Part shown: in pieces, positions 52,359 through 64,000 of the stretch
How positions within the stretch are numbered: the first letter of the stretch is position 1
Layout of the letters: each line of letters starts with the position of its first letter
Assembly: GCA_043228905.1 (NCBI GenBank)
Contig: JBHGNT010000122.1
Location: 1 to 64,000 of the forward strand
Origin: Azolla caroliniana
Taxonomy: Eukaryota; Plantae; Polypodiophyta
Length of the DNA stretch: 64,000 nucleotides
Direction: 5' to 3'
Position numbers and translations under genes: made by a program
The notes under the pieces: generated by a model
Database searches by the model: none
What the model was told of the DNA's origin: nothing
The model's input: only the letters and a program-made list of their open reading frames with translations

Positions 52359-52744
52359 TGTTAGGGTTAATCGAGAGGGTAAACAAGGGAGGATTACTTT
52401 TAATCTTAGGAATTGAGACAACCCATAAGGGCCAAATGTAAACTTGCCTGTGGGCCTTAGGTTTAGCTATAAATACAAGGCCTAGCTACCCTCGTTTGGG
52501 AGATAATCCGACTACGTCGAGATTGTGATCTTATGGTGAAAAGATACTAGTAGCAAGCGCACCAAAACCAACTATGACTCAATGTTATGGCACTAATATG
52601 GGACATGGATCAAGGCTCGAGTCCGTCTCAATCCATTCGCTAAAGGGTGGCCGGGTAGATTGACACCCTTCTTTCTTTCTATTTTTCTTTACTATCAATC
52701 ATTTATTCCTTATTTCATGCTTACATTAGAAATAATCTCTAACA
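52359..52744 (+). mobile_element. Possible solo LTR
   Basis: TGTTAG...CTAACA inverted termini and internal CTATAAATA. The flanks do not form a TSD. Confidence 0.45.
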
Positions 52745-53892
52745 CTTCAAGAAGTTAATAAGAATGCCTTGTCAATGTTGAAATTACCAAAGCGTCATTT
52801 AGAATGTAAAGAAAAGAAAATTTACAACATGTATTGCATCGCACCTCAATAAAACATTGTATCCTATTTAGACATGCATCATCCCACGTTCATAGAGAAA
52901 AGAAAGTGAATAGCTCAAAAACTTCACAGTTTATAGGGAAGCATTCTTGAGGGATATCGATGGTGATTGAAAGTGAGACCAAACGGCAGTTTAAAAATAT
53001 ATACATATATATAAAAGAACGTCATACATCTGCAATGAAAGCAACCCATGGATATTATATTCATTCTGGGTAAAATCATGGATGACGATTTCCAAAGAAA
53101 GACTTAGACACATTGTATGGCATTGCAAAAGAATACAACACTTAAAAGGCTGAATGGAAAGCCATATGTTGATTAACTGCAGCACCCCATAGACAAAGGG
53201 GTTCTATGTTACAAATGGATATACTGCAAATCAAGCATGTCTCAAATTGACAATACGATCCCCAATCTCAAATTTGTAATGCATAAAATTCATTACTAGC
53301 TTATTTACTACTTTCGGTAAATTGACCTTCCTTTCTCTTTCTAGAAAATAGAAAAATATTTGCATGTTCTAGTTATTCCTGCATAGAGCTCTCCATAACA
53401 AAACATACTCTCATTCCATCTTTCACTGTCTTGAAAATAGAAATATGTTTACATGTTCTAGTTACTCCTGCACTGTTCTTTTCTCCATACACAAATTCTA
53501 CTCAAATTCTTCATTACTACTTACTCAAATTCTATCTTCAACTCTCTCTAGAAAATAGTTCACACATTCTAGTTTTCTTGCATAGTGGTCTCTGTATACA
53601 AATTCAACATTAACTTCTTCACTAATTATTCTAATTCCATCTTGCATTCTCTCTAGTAGGCGTTAATATCTTTAGAGCCATGATTCATGAATCATATTTC
53701 ATAGGTAGTGCATCACATCTGGTTTGTAATACAAATATGGTGGTACTCATGGGTTACTTATTCAGATTAATTATAATACATATACCTTACATCTTAAACA
53801 AAGGAAAAAAACTTGTAACCTCAAGAATGCAGGAAATTTCTGTAATTTGAATGATTTATATTTCAGATTATTTATAAAGATTGCATAAATAC

Positions 53893-55094
53893 CTACAGCT
53901 TGGAGAAGCTAGGCTTCCTTTTCTGCATTGATGCATCCATGGCTTTCTTCAAGTCATTTGAGTCAAGCATGGCTGAGTTCCAAGTAGCAACATAGTCAAG
54001 TCCATCATGAATACTTAAATCCCGTGATTTAATTAGTACTTTCTTGATTCCAACAACAGTTAAAGGCGACTTGGATGCAATGTTTTCTGCGAGGGAAATC
54101 ACGTATTCTTCCATGGCTTCTTTTGAGGTGAAGACATTGTTAACAAGACCTATACTCTTCGCCTCTATCGCTGAAACTTTGCGCCCTGTGAGAGCTAATT
54201 CCATGGTGTTTCCATAGCCAACAATGAAAGGCAACCTTTGAAGTGTTCCAAGGTCAGCAACTATGGCTAGGTCTACTTCCTTCACAGAAAAATATGCGTC
54301 CATGCTACAGTACCTGACGTCAACAAGCATATATAAAGAAGATAAAGGTCCCATTTCTAACTTTTTACTTTACGAGAAATAATAGACCAGCTTGTTGAAG
54401 GGAATATTTTCCCTCATAAAACCATTGAGGTTTTCGTCAAGCCAAACAAGTTATGACCCCAGTTTTGACTTAAAAACAGGATATCTTCTTCAACAGAAAG
54501 GTCTAGTTTTTCTTCACCAATGAGGAACATTTAGTTTTCCCTTCGAGATTAGAAATAATTAGCATTTATTCAACATAGAGATTTAGTTTTTTCTGCAACA
54601 CGATAATTAGGGTTTCTTTGACGGAAAGAAGAAATGATTCCATAAATATCTCACCTGAGGTCACAAGCAGCGATCAAATCAACACCAGCTCCAATACAAG
54701 CTCCATGAATGGCTGCAATCACAGGTTTTCTGCAAGACTCTATGGAAGAAAAAGATTCCTGCAAATTCTTAATGAAACGCAGATTTTTCTCTCTATACGT
54801 CGCACCACCCCTAAGATCAACTTGATATTTTCCTTTTTCTTTTTCTCCATAGCCAGGGTTTTTCTGGGAAAGGAGGAGGGACAGGTCGATTCCTGCGCAG
54901 AAGTTCTTACCCGAAGCACTGAGAATGATAACACGGACATCTGTGCAAGAGTCGAGGTAAGAGATGGCGAGAGGTAGTTCTGAGAAGAGGGATGGATCGA
55001 ATGCGTTGGAGCGAAGGGGACGATGGAGAGATAGCTTGGCGACGCCTTGGTCTGGTCCTTCGAGCTTCAAGCTGCGCCATTGCTGCTGCTCCAT
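53893..55094 (-). CDS. DCI1: Peroxisomal delta(3,5)-delta(2,4)-dienoyl-CoA isomerase (crotonase family), 2 exons
   Basis: GKNFCAGIDL, CRKPVIAAIHGACIGAGVDL, FSVKEVDLAIVADLGTLQRLP and C-terminal PTS1 -SKL. Exons 55094-54655 and 54313-53893. Confidence 0.92.
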
Positions 55095-56672
55095 CGCCTT
55101 CGTCCTCTTCGTTTCTTCGCTTTCTTTCTTTCTTCTTCATTGGCAATAGAAGAAAATCTCAGAGTTTTGCTTTTTTGTTATTTCTCAGAATGCCCTTTGG
55201 TTTTCATTATTTCCCTCAGATGCCCTTCTCCTACTCCACACACACAAATACATGCAAATATATATATATCTATATATATATATATATATATATAATGACA
55301 CACATGAGAGGGGGATGAAAACACACACAAATACAAGAAAATTTCAAATAGATATATAATGACACACATGATAGGGGGATGAAAAATGCACTTTGTCCAC
55401 CCTTCATTTCTCTCGAGGCAATGGGGCTCATGGCATGTTTGGAGGATGTGTTGAATGAATGCCTTTACATCTCATGCATAAGCACGAGCGCAACACCATA
55501 TTACGTGATCGAAATGTAGTTTTGCTTTCATAGTTCTCGATTATGGAAATGTTGGGTGGTTGTCGTACGAGGACATCTCTATACATGTTTTTGATTTGGC
55601 ACTATATTCAAATCACGTGAAACCCTTTTGCCAACCAGTTTCTTAATATGAACTTAAGTGGTTGGTATGAACTTCCATAACATCAAAAAACTCACCTATG
55701 TGACTCGTATATCTGTCTCGAGGAGGAGTGTATGTTTACTTCCTCTTAAGACGATGATACATGTCCTGTGTGTGGCCCCGCTTCTTCCAATGCGCACAGA
55801 AGAGGTTTGGTTTCTTTGAGTCGTTGTCAAGAGCCTCGTTGGATTGCTTATGTTTCACAATGAGCATGACATTCAACCTTTTGGCAAACTTGGGTTTATT
55901 GTGGGCTTTCTTAGTTGCATTGAAATAAAATATGATATTTTAGATCACCTTTGAGGGAAATACCTTGATGGCAATTATTTCTCAAAATACTAGATGAAAG
56001 CCGGAACTGGTTTAGAGCTATTACTAGCATCCTACCCTCGAAAATGACTTTCACATTGCAAACGATTTGCTCTACCATAGTGGAAAGGTTTGTGTTCAAG
56101 ATTTACCAAACGTTAAATATAAAATTCTTCATGAATGTCATGATGCATTGTCTTCTAGTCATCCTCTGGAATGCAATGCATAGTCATTCTCATCTCGACT
56201 ACCTTTTTTTGGCCTACGATGTATTTGACAATCTATTCACCTTTCTTTTACTTTAATCCGGTCTACTAATTAGTAATAGACTCTCTAACATGAGTGGTTT
56301 GCATGTATGCAAAAACTCGCATTGAAAACTCTCCATTTGAGATAGACCATTTTCTAGGCACCGATGGTTCTCTTTAATGAAGAGTATGTCTTCTTTAACC
56401 TCAACCTCTTCCGTTATTTGCGCACATGTGTAGAGTGTTTCATTGTAGTTCCAATTTGCAATGTATAATTGTGAATGTGTTGCTTCAAAGCAACACATTT
56501 GATAGCGTTGTTATTGATAAAGACGAGACATTGTTGTAAAGAACCTTTTTGCCTTGCCTTTTATTGTTTTTGTAGTTGACCCGCACCTTTGTCAAGCTGT
56601 ATTAGAGAGAGAGAGAGAGAGAGAATTAGAATTAGAATTAGAATTTTTATCGTCCATAAAGAGGCCAATTTT

Positions 56673-56761
<89 letters not shown>

Positions 56762-56978
56762 AAGAAGAAAGAAAGATATATTAACGTCTTCTAAGGCCAA
56801 AATTGGCCCATGAGACAAAAGGTGTACAACAAAAATGGGATATTTGCCCATTCATCGAAAGTAAAAATAAAAATAAGATAAAATAGAGTTTAAGCTAAAT
56901 AGTTCTAAGAAAACAACAAACATGTTCTATATAAAAAACATGTTCTACAATGAGAATGATTCTATACTAGGCCTAATT

Positions 56979-59397
56979 TCATTTCCATCCAAGTCTCTCG
57001 AAGAGAAGCGGGGGGTCAAAGGGTTGCCATGATGTGGATGTGGCCCGTGGTCCCCATGTAAGAGGTACCCCAACCATAGCTTCGAGTCGACGTAGCTCAC
57101 GTTCCCTTATCTTCTTAATCTTTTCTACTCCACGTTGACTTGTGTTGAAGCCCAACATCCGAGGACGTTTGGTTGCTCTTTGTATTTCTGCTTCCTCAAG
57201 GGAGAGGCCGAGCGGCATAAGTGTATCCACATTCATCGTCTCCCCATGTTCCTGAAAAATTACACTAGGTACATGTTGATGAGTAGTAAAAGGGTTATGA
57301 TTAACACTTTGTAGTTTATCCTCCCTATGTTGTTTTAGCTCTAAGATATACCTACCTAGTCTCTTTACACTCGGGGTATCTAATAGTTTGGAGAGGGTGG
57401 GAGAGGGTCCTAGTATGTCTTGGTATTCCGCCCGTATCTCGGCATAAGTTGGGCACTTGCATGTGAAGTGATACTCATCCTCTATCTCTATGTGGCATAA
57501 CCTACATAGCCTTTCCTCTCTAGGGACTCTATTAGCTCGACCATTCTCAATCTCAAGTTGGTGAGATGATATCCTAAGTTGTCCAATGGCCACCCTTAGT
57601 GCATTTGATAAGAAAGTATCTAGGTATCTTGGTCGTGTAATAAACCCTAACTTAGAGAAGTGCAAGAAGTGTTCCTTATAGTACACCATTTTAGATGGGA
57701 GTGGCTCTCGTGGGGTGATCCATTTGTATCGAGTGTAGATTTGCCATATTTCTTGGCGTATCACTTTATTACGATCTTCACGAGAGATTAAAGTTTGATC
57801 AGTCCCATGGTTGTACTTAAGGGGAGGTAGGTTATTAATGTCTATGCCATTTGCAAATAACCAACTCACCACAATGCTATACCAAGAGTTGGTGTCTCCA
57901 GACACATGTAAGGATCGGGATGCCTCAAAGGCTCGACGGGATATCCTATCTTGTGGTTGACTATGTATCCGATGAATAAAAGCTACCACTTGAAAGAGTG
58001 CTTCTACTAACATCGGGGGTAGGCTAAACTCCGCTCTAATAATGTCATGTGGTACTGTCGATTTGCTTCGGAGTTGACGTGATAACATCACCACTAAAGG
58101 TCTCTCCAATTGCGTCCACATGAAAGATGGTAGACCTGGAGCCCATACTACTGATGCATACATGAGGGACGGGGTCACTAATGAGTCGAAAAGCCATCCC
58201 TTAGTCCGTGGCTCTTGAAAGTATGCTTGGTGGCATTGTCTCTCTAAGAGTGAGAGGGATGCATATCCTCTCGTTAGCCTATCTTTGGCTGCCTGGGTCA
58301 TCGAGAATTTACCTGAGCGAGCACTAAAAGTGACTCCCAAGTATACATAAGATCCCACCACCTCAACTAGTTTATGAGAGAGGATGAGGTGACATTTACT
58401 CCTAACTCTGGACGATGTATGAAAGATAAGGACTTTAGTTTTCGCTAGATTCACTACCAGTCCTCGTTGTGTACAAAAGTCATCTAGGGCATTAAGATGC
58501 TTTTGTAGGTCGTGTTCCGACTCCGAGAGCAAGACAATGTCATCTGCGTAGAGTAAGAGACTAACTTGCGTATCCCCAATAGCCACTCCTTTGCCTCCCT
58601 TACGAGCAATAAAATCAGTGATCTCATCAATGTAGATCCCAAAAAGAGTCGGTGATAGGGGGCAACCCTGTTTTACACCAATGGTGCTAGTGAAACAATC
58701 GGATAGGCCACCTGGGCATCTTACACGCCCATAGACTTGCTCATATAGGGCATAAATGGCCCAAATCATGTCATTTGGTATCTCCAAGCTCTTAAGTCTA
58801 TCAAACAACCTCTCCCTAGGAACTGTATCAAAGGCTTTGCGAAAGTCCACAAAGCAACAATATAGTTTCTTCTTACGAGCCTTTGTTTGGTCAATTAAGC
58901 ACCTAAGTGTGAAGATGTGGTCAATAGTGGAGAAGGCTCGTCTAAAGCCAGCTTGCTCAGGTGCTCGAAGACTTAATGTTTCCATATAATCACTGAGCTC
59001 CGCTTCCATTACTGCACCATATAGTTTAGCAAGCGTATGACCTATCATAATGGTCCTATATGTATTTGGGTCCATTGGGTCCCCTCCTTTATGTATAGGG
59101 GCCACAGTGTTCATGGCCCATTGTGGTGGAAAACCCTCGGCGAGGGCGCGGTTGAAGATTAGAGTGAGAAGGGGAGCTAGGCACTCTCGAGCATATATGA
59201 TGTGCTCGGCTCGCAATCCTGTGTGGTCCATGGATTTCCTATGTTGTAATTTTTTTATGACCTTCGTGACCCTAGAGGTCGTGAAAAGTGTCCCCATGGT
59301 AGGTCGAGGTGTGGAGGGCATTGGAATGGGTGGTTGGTTCGGGACATGGTAGAGTCTCTCGGTATATGTGTGCCAAATATTGGGATCCTCGATTACA
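56979..59397 (-). mobile_element. Young 5'-truncated non-LTR retrotransposon (RTE/RTEX-like LINE), RT + C-terminal CCHC; 3' UTR probably extends to ~56550
   Basis: Stop-free ~800-codon ORF with QAGFR, FVDFRKAFD, GVKQGCPLSP, YADD and CRLC..EDEYHFTCKC. The APE endonuclease is absent because the ORF breaks off near 59397. Confidence 0.9.
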
Positions 59398-59904
59398 TAT
59401 ATTAGAGTGACTTCAAATGTTGGACATAAGATGATAATCTCATATTCTATCCCACGTGGAAGTGCTTATTGAAAGGGCGATGGGTTATACCTTGGTAAAG
59501 ACGTTATCTAGACATTGACACATTTCAGATGGGGGGACATGCTTTTCTTATGGTGGCGAGGATACAAGGCACATATTCCCTGTATGCTCAAAAGCCGCGA
59601 AACTTGATTGGGTTGTTAAACATCACCCAATTATGGGCATCACCTATCTAGGAAAGCCTTGTCAAGCTAATCATGGGTTTCTGATCGGGGTGGTAAGAGA
59701 TAGGCGAGGGGGGGGGGGGAATCCTTTGTGACGAAGGATTAAACGAATCGATATTGGCGGGGATGGGAGCCATTATGGACACTCATTGGGTTTGGGGCAG
59801 TTTTGGCGGTGGAGCCCATGTGATGCAATCTAGGGCCCCATTCTCCCTTCTCCAATGTGTGTTTTGTTAGTGTTGTCATTATTGCTATTATTTATGACAG
59901 TGAT

Positions 59905-60095
59905 ATATGTATCATAATGTATGTATATGTATGTATGCATATGTATCATGTATGTATGTATATGTATCGTGTATGTATGTATGTATGTATGCATATGTAT
60001 CATGCATGTATGTATATGTATCGTGTATGTATGTATGTATGCATATGTATCAAGTATGTATGTATATGTATCATGTATGTATGTATGTATGTATG
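59905..60095. repeat. (TATG)n-type compound microsatellite
   Basis: Direct inspection. Confidence 0.9.
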
Positions 60096-60625
60096 AATGA
60101 AGCTCTCTCCTAGGATCCATCATCACACTTTTTTATTTCTCTCCTTTTTTTCTTTTTGCCTTCTATGTTCTCTCTCTTTCATTCTTCTTCGGTCTCGTTG
60201 CGTTTTCTGCTCTGCTCTGCCCTGCCCTGCCCTACTGCCATTCCACCTGTCGAAAAATCAAAGGGAAGAAAGAAGAAGTTTTAGAAAAGAGAATAGAGAT
60301 CCATTCTGCAGCAGAAGATTTTGGGGAAGGACGAGGCGAGGAAGACGGAAACGGAGGGATTTTTCTGAAGAAAAAGAGGAAGATAGGTCCTTTTTCTACA
60401 AGATCAAAGGAAATCCTTTGTGACGAAGGATTAAACGAATCGAATATCCGTTCTGCAGAAGAGAAAGGCGAAATCTTTTCTGAAGAATAAGAAAGAGGAC
60501 AGATACTTTCTGCTGAAGAAGGGGAAAAAAACATCGACAAACAGTTTTAACTTTGAAAGAGAGATATCTGAAAAAGGAAAAAGTAAATAAAGGAACACGA
60601 AGAAGAAAAAGATCTATCTTAAGGG

Positions 60626-63239
60626 ATGAAGATCACTTCCATTTTGGTCTTGAAATGCTCAGGTATCGATGCAGGATCTGAGCCAAAAATCCTTGCAAAC
60701 GCGTCTGATGTCAGTCATTTTGGTTACTTCCAACGTTCAAGCGCAAAGGAATTCATAGTTTTTGTTGCTCGCACCATAGCCAAACGAACCCCGCCGGGCC
60801 AACGCCAATCTGTACAACAAGAAGGTGTTTTTTCCTACTTCTTCTCTTTTGCATATCATGTGTTACTTTATTTCGATTCCTGGGGAGAGATCCTATGTTA
60901 TGTCAATTAGAGGTAAATTGTATATGCTAGATTACTAGGGTTTGGGGGTGACCAATGTGGTGTACACGACTATATTTAATATCCTAATATAGCCATGAGC
61001 TTAGAAGAAGCTAGAGCTATGTCACCACTAATTACCAATCTAGGGTAAGAAAAGGTCCATAAAAAACCAGGATGATCATGTTTTGAATAACACTTTAGCT
61101 AATAAAGAAAAAGTCTATAAAAAACCAGGATGATCATGTTGTGAATAGCACTTTAGCTAATAAAGAAAAAGTCCATAAAAAACCAGGGTGATCATGTTAT
61201 AAATAGCACTTTAGCTAATGAAGAAAAGGACCATAAAAAACTAGGGTTCCTATTATTTCTGTAGACGATTATGATGGGGTTATTGGCCGAGGATTGCCTT
61301 ATTATTCGGAGTTGATTCTTCTAGTGTAAGTACTTGATAATACCCAAATTACAGCCAGGAGCTCATGGTCCTAATCCATTGTTGAATGGCATATACTTTT
61401 TTGGTGGTTCTTATAGAAGATTCATGTGAAATGACATATTCTTAGTCACTGAGTTGATGGCATGATTAAGCTCATGCATAATTTTTTCTTGCACAAAAAT
61501 TTTCACATTCAATTTGTGTGGAAATGGATCTCACCACACTGTGTAAGAAAGTTGTTGACCTTTGTAAGTACCTTATCCAGGCATTAATGAGACTTGATTT
61601 CCTAGAACATTCTAGTTATGGTTAATCTACTTTTATCTTAATTTTAATACTTCATCTACTTAAAAGATGCTTATGAAATAAGTTATACATTCTTCTCTTT
61701 AGTGTGTATGGGATTGGCTCTTTTTGTGAACATTTTGTTGCCCATCATTCTCTCGCATTGCATTTTTAAGCTGTGCACAGTTGCTGGGACAGTAATGTCA
61801 ATTCTTGTTTCTCTGTTTTGTTTCTCAACTTCATTAGGACATGTGCATTTGATTGCGGTTACTTGACATTGTAATGTTTGTTTAGTCAAATATGGCTGTC
61901 AATTTTAATTGTTATGAATAATGATATTATGCACATTTAATCACATGCATAATGATGAACCGAGTTTCTGTAACTTCTGCGGAGAGTGATGGGCATGCTT
62001 AACCACATTTCCAGCAGTAAGTAAGAGAAAGGCTGTCCACAAAATTATCTACACATCAATGAATATTTATATTGAGAAACTTTGTTTATAATTCTCTTTC
62101 CATCTATTAATTTGTAACTTGTAATATTTTCGAAGTCATACATAAATTATTCTTCCATAATTTCAATTCCAGTTATGACATCTAATGAATAAATGATTGG
62201 TGCTTTGTTCCCTTTCTTACAGAGTATATGGTGCATGCTTACAATCGGAATGGACTTTGTGGCATTACATTTGTAGATGCACAATATCCTATGAGGAGTG
62301 CCTTTTCAGTAGTGAGCAAGGTATTATATATTTGAAGATGATGATAATAGGAAGGTAGAAGATGATGTTTAATGCTATATGACTTTGTACATTTAATTTA
62401 AAACTCATCAATGCTACATAGAAAGCAGCAAGAGTTAACTTATTGTAATCATGGGAGTGATAAGATTGGTCCTATGAGAAAAGAACTGAACTAAGCATTG
62501 GCTCAATTATTGGAATGCTGTTAACATCATGTTTCAGTTCTTTGATGGACAACAATTACAAGTTAAGGAGAGAATAGTAAGTTGTCTTAACGATGTCATC
62601 GAATGGCAGTGAGAGATCGACTTCTTGCAGGTTCTTGATGAATATGAGCGAGTATTTGGAAATTCATGGCAAAGTATACAGTCTGATAATACTGATGTAT
62701 GGCCATACCTTGATGAAGCCTTGGCAAAATTTCAGGTTTGTCGTGTTTAAACCTTATGATTGCCATGTAAGGTGGTGAACTTTCTTTGGTATCCTCTAAT
62801 TTCAATTTTTTTGGGCTCCTGCAGGACCCTAGTGAAGCTGACAAACTGTTTAAGATACAGAAGGAATTGGATGAAACAAAGCATATCTTGGTAAAATTTA
62901 TTGTGAAGAAACTTTGGGAGGAGAGAGAGAAGCAGTAATCTTGTTTATTGAAAATTATGTTTTGTGTTTTGCAGCACAAAACTATTGACAGTGTTCTTGA
63001 AAGAGGAGAGAAATTAGATTCTCTTGTAGAAAAGAGCTCTGACCTTAGTATGGCATCACAGGTGTGGATTATGTTTTTTTATTCTTTTAATTATCTAATG
63101 AACACTTCTAGTATGTATTTAATATAATGTGTTTTTTCTTCTTTCTAATTTTCTTCAATCTAATAAGAGGTTTTTTGTGGACCTGCAGCTGTTCTATAAA
63201 CAAGCCAAGAAAGCCAACCAGTGTTGCAGCATACTCTGA
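60626..63239 (+). CDS. YKT6: R-SNARE YKT6 (longin + SNARE, CCxxL prenylation motif), 6 exons
   Basis: [65 protein letters not shown], ending [10 protein letters not shown]. Exons 60626-60824, 62223-62320, 62631-62735, 62825-62890, 62975-63061 and 63189-63239. Confidence 0.95.
61047..61246. repeat. ~58-bp minisatellite (about 3.5 copies) in YKT6 intron 1
   Basis: The unit AAGAAAA.GTCCATAAAAAACCAGGATGATCATGTT.TGAATAGCACTTTAGCTAAT is repeated. Confidence 0.9.
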
Positions 63240-64000
63240 AAATGGAAATGCGCTTCTAAATGCTATTTTTTAATGAAAATGGAAAGGTCGAATGACAGGC
63301 TACTTTGAAACTATGTATTGTAACCTGCAATGTAAGTTTCTCCTCTTTTAATATTGCTTCAACTTACTATGTGTGTGTCGGATGGAAATTTTGGCAAATA
63401 ACATGCATTATAAGTCTGAAATTAAATAAATCAACTGACCTATGCACAAAGTAATGTTGATTTATTGTGCTTGTGTTTGCACCTTTATTAGTGAATTTAT
63501 CCAATTTTGATGGATTTTAAAACTTGCATCTCATTTCAAGTTATAGGTCGTAAAATGAAAAGTACTTGTTTGCTAGATTGTACTTGTGGTTGATGAGGAA
63601 CACTTCTTGGAAAAGATGCGTATCTTGGAAATAATAGTACGATACGGATACTTCTACGTGAAACAAGATTAGAATATAACATTGTTTGTTATGCCTTGTT
63701 CTTGATGTTATCAGATTGAATTGTGGGCTGTTTTTAGTGAATAACTTCTGGCATATTAAGCAAATATCACAAGAAGAGGTGATGGTATTTACTTGCGTGA
63801 TGTTGTCTATCTAGATCAATGTGGAGCTGGCTGAATAGAAAGTGTGTAATGCATGATGAAACATGCTTGCATGAAATGTTGATAATGAAGGTGTCAGAAA
63901 TATGAATTACTTGACCATTTTTTAGTTATCTTGGAATGCACACATCGAGCAATGGATGATTTCTGATCCTTACCGTGACTGCAGTCGCTTATATTGAATC

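Noticed and set aside
61047-61246. Regularly spaced repeats resembling a CRISPR array
   Set aside because: Whole units repeat with no unique spacers, the context is a eukaryotic intron, and there are no cas genes.

Overview
Eukaryotic plant genomic DNA, with spliced genes and LTRs rich in (CT/GA)n. A fern or other seed-free plant is plausible, but that is inference only. There are five intron-containing host genes: a BRUTUS/HRZ-type hemerythrin-CHY-RING E3 ligase (-), a SYP4-type syntaxin (-), cyclin T1 (+), peroxisomal dienoyl-CoA isomerase DCI1 (-) and YKT6 (+). A transposon nest lies at about 27.8-42.7 kb. An old, degenerate Copia is interrupted by a very young Copia (LTRs identical apart from (CT)n length, GTTGT TSD, uninterrupted PR-IN-RT-RH ORF). 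In the young Copia, the 5' part of gag is replaced by a ~3.8-kb Penelope-like element (PLE) with no recognisable endonuclease. The PLE has ORF1, a canonical -1 frameshift signal (A_AAA_AAC, 7-nt spacer, perfect 8-bp stem), an intact PLE RT in the -1 frame, and a TATA box plus minimal type I hammerhead ribozyme downstream. This Copia/PLE chimera is the most notable feature. The window also holds solo LTRs, a young 5'-truncated LINE, old LINE fragments and a repeat built from two convergent tRNA-like modules.
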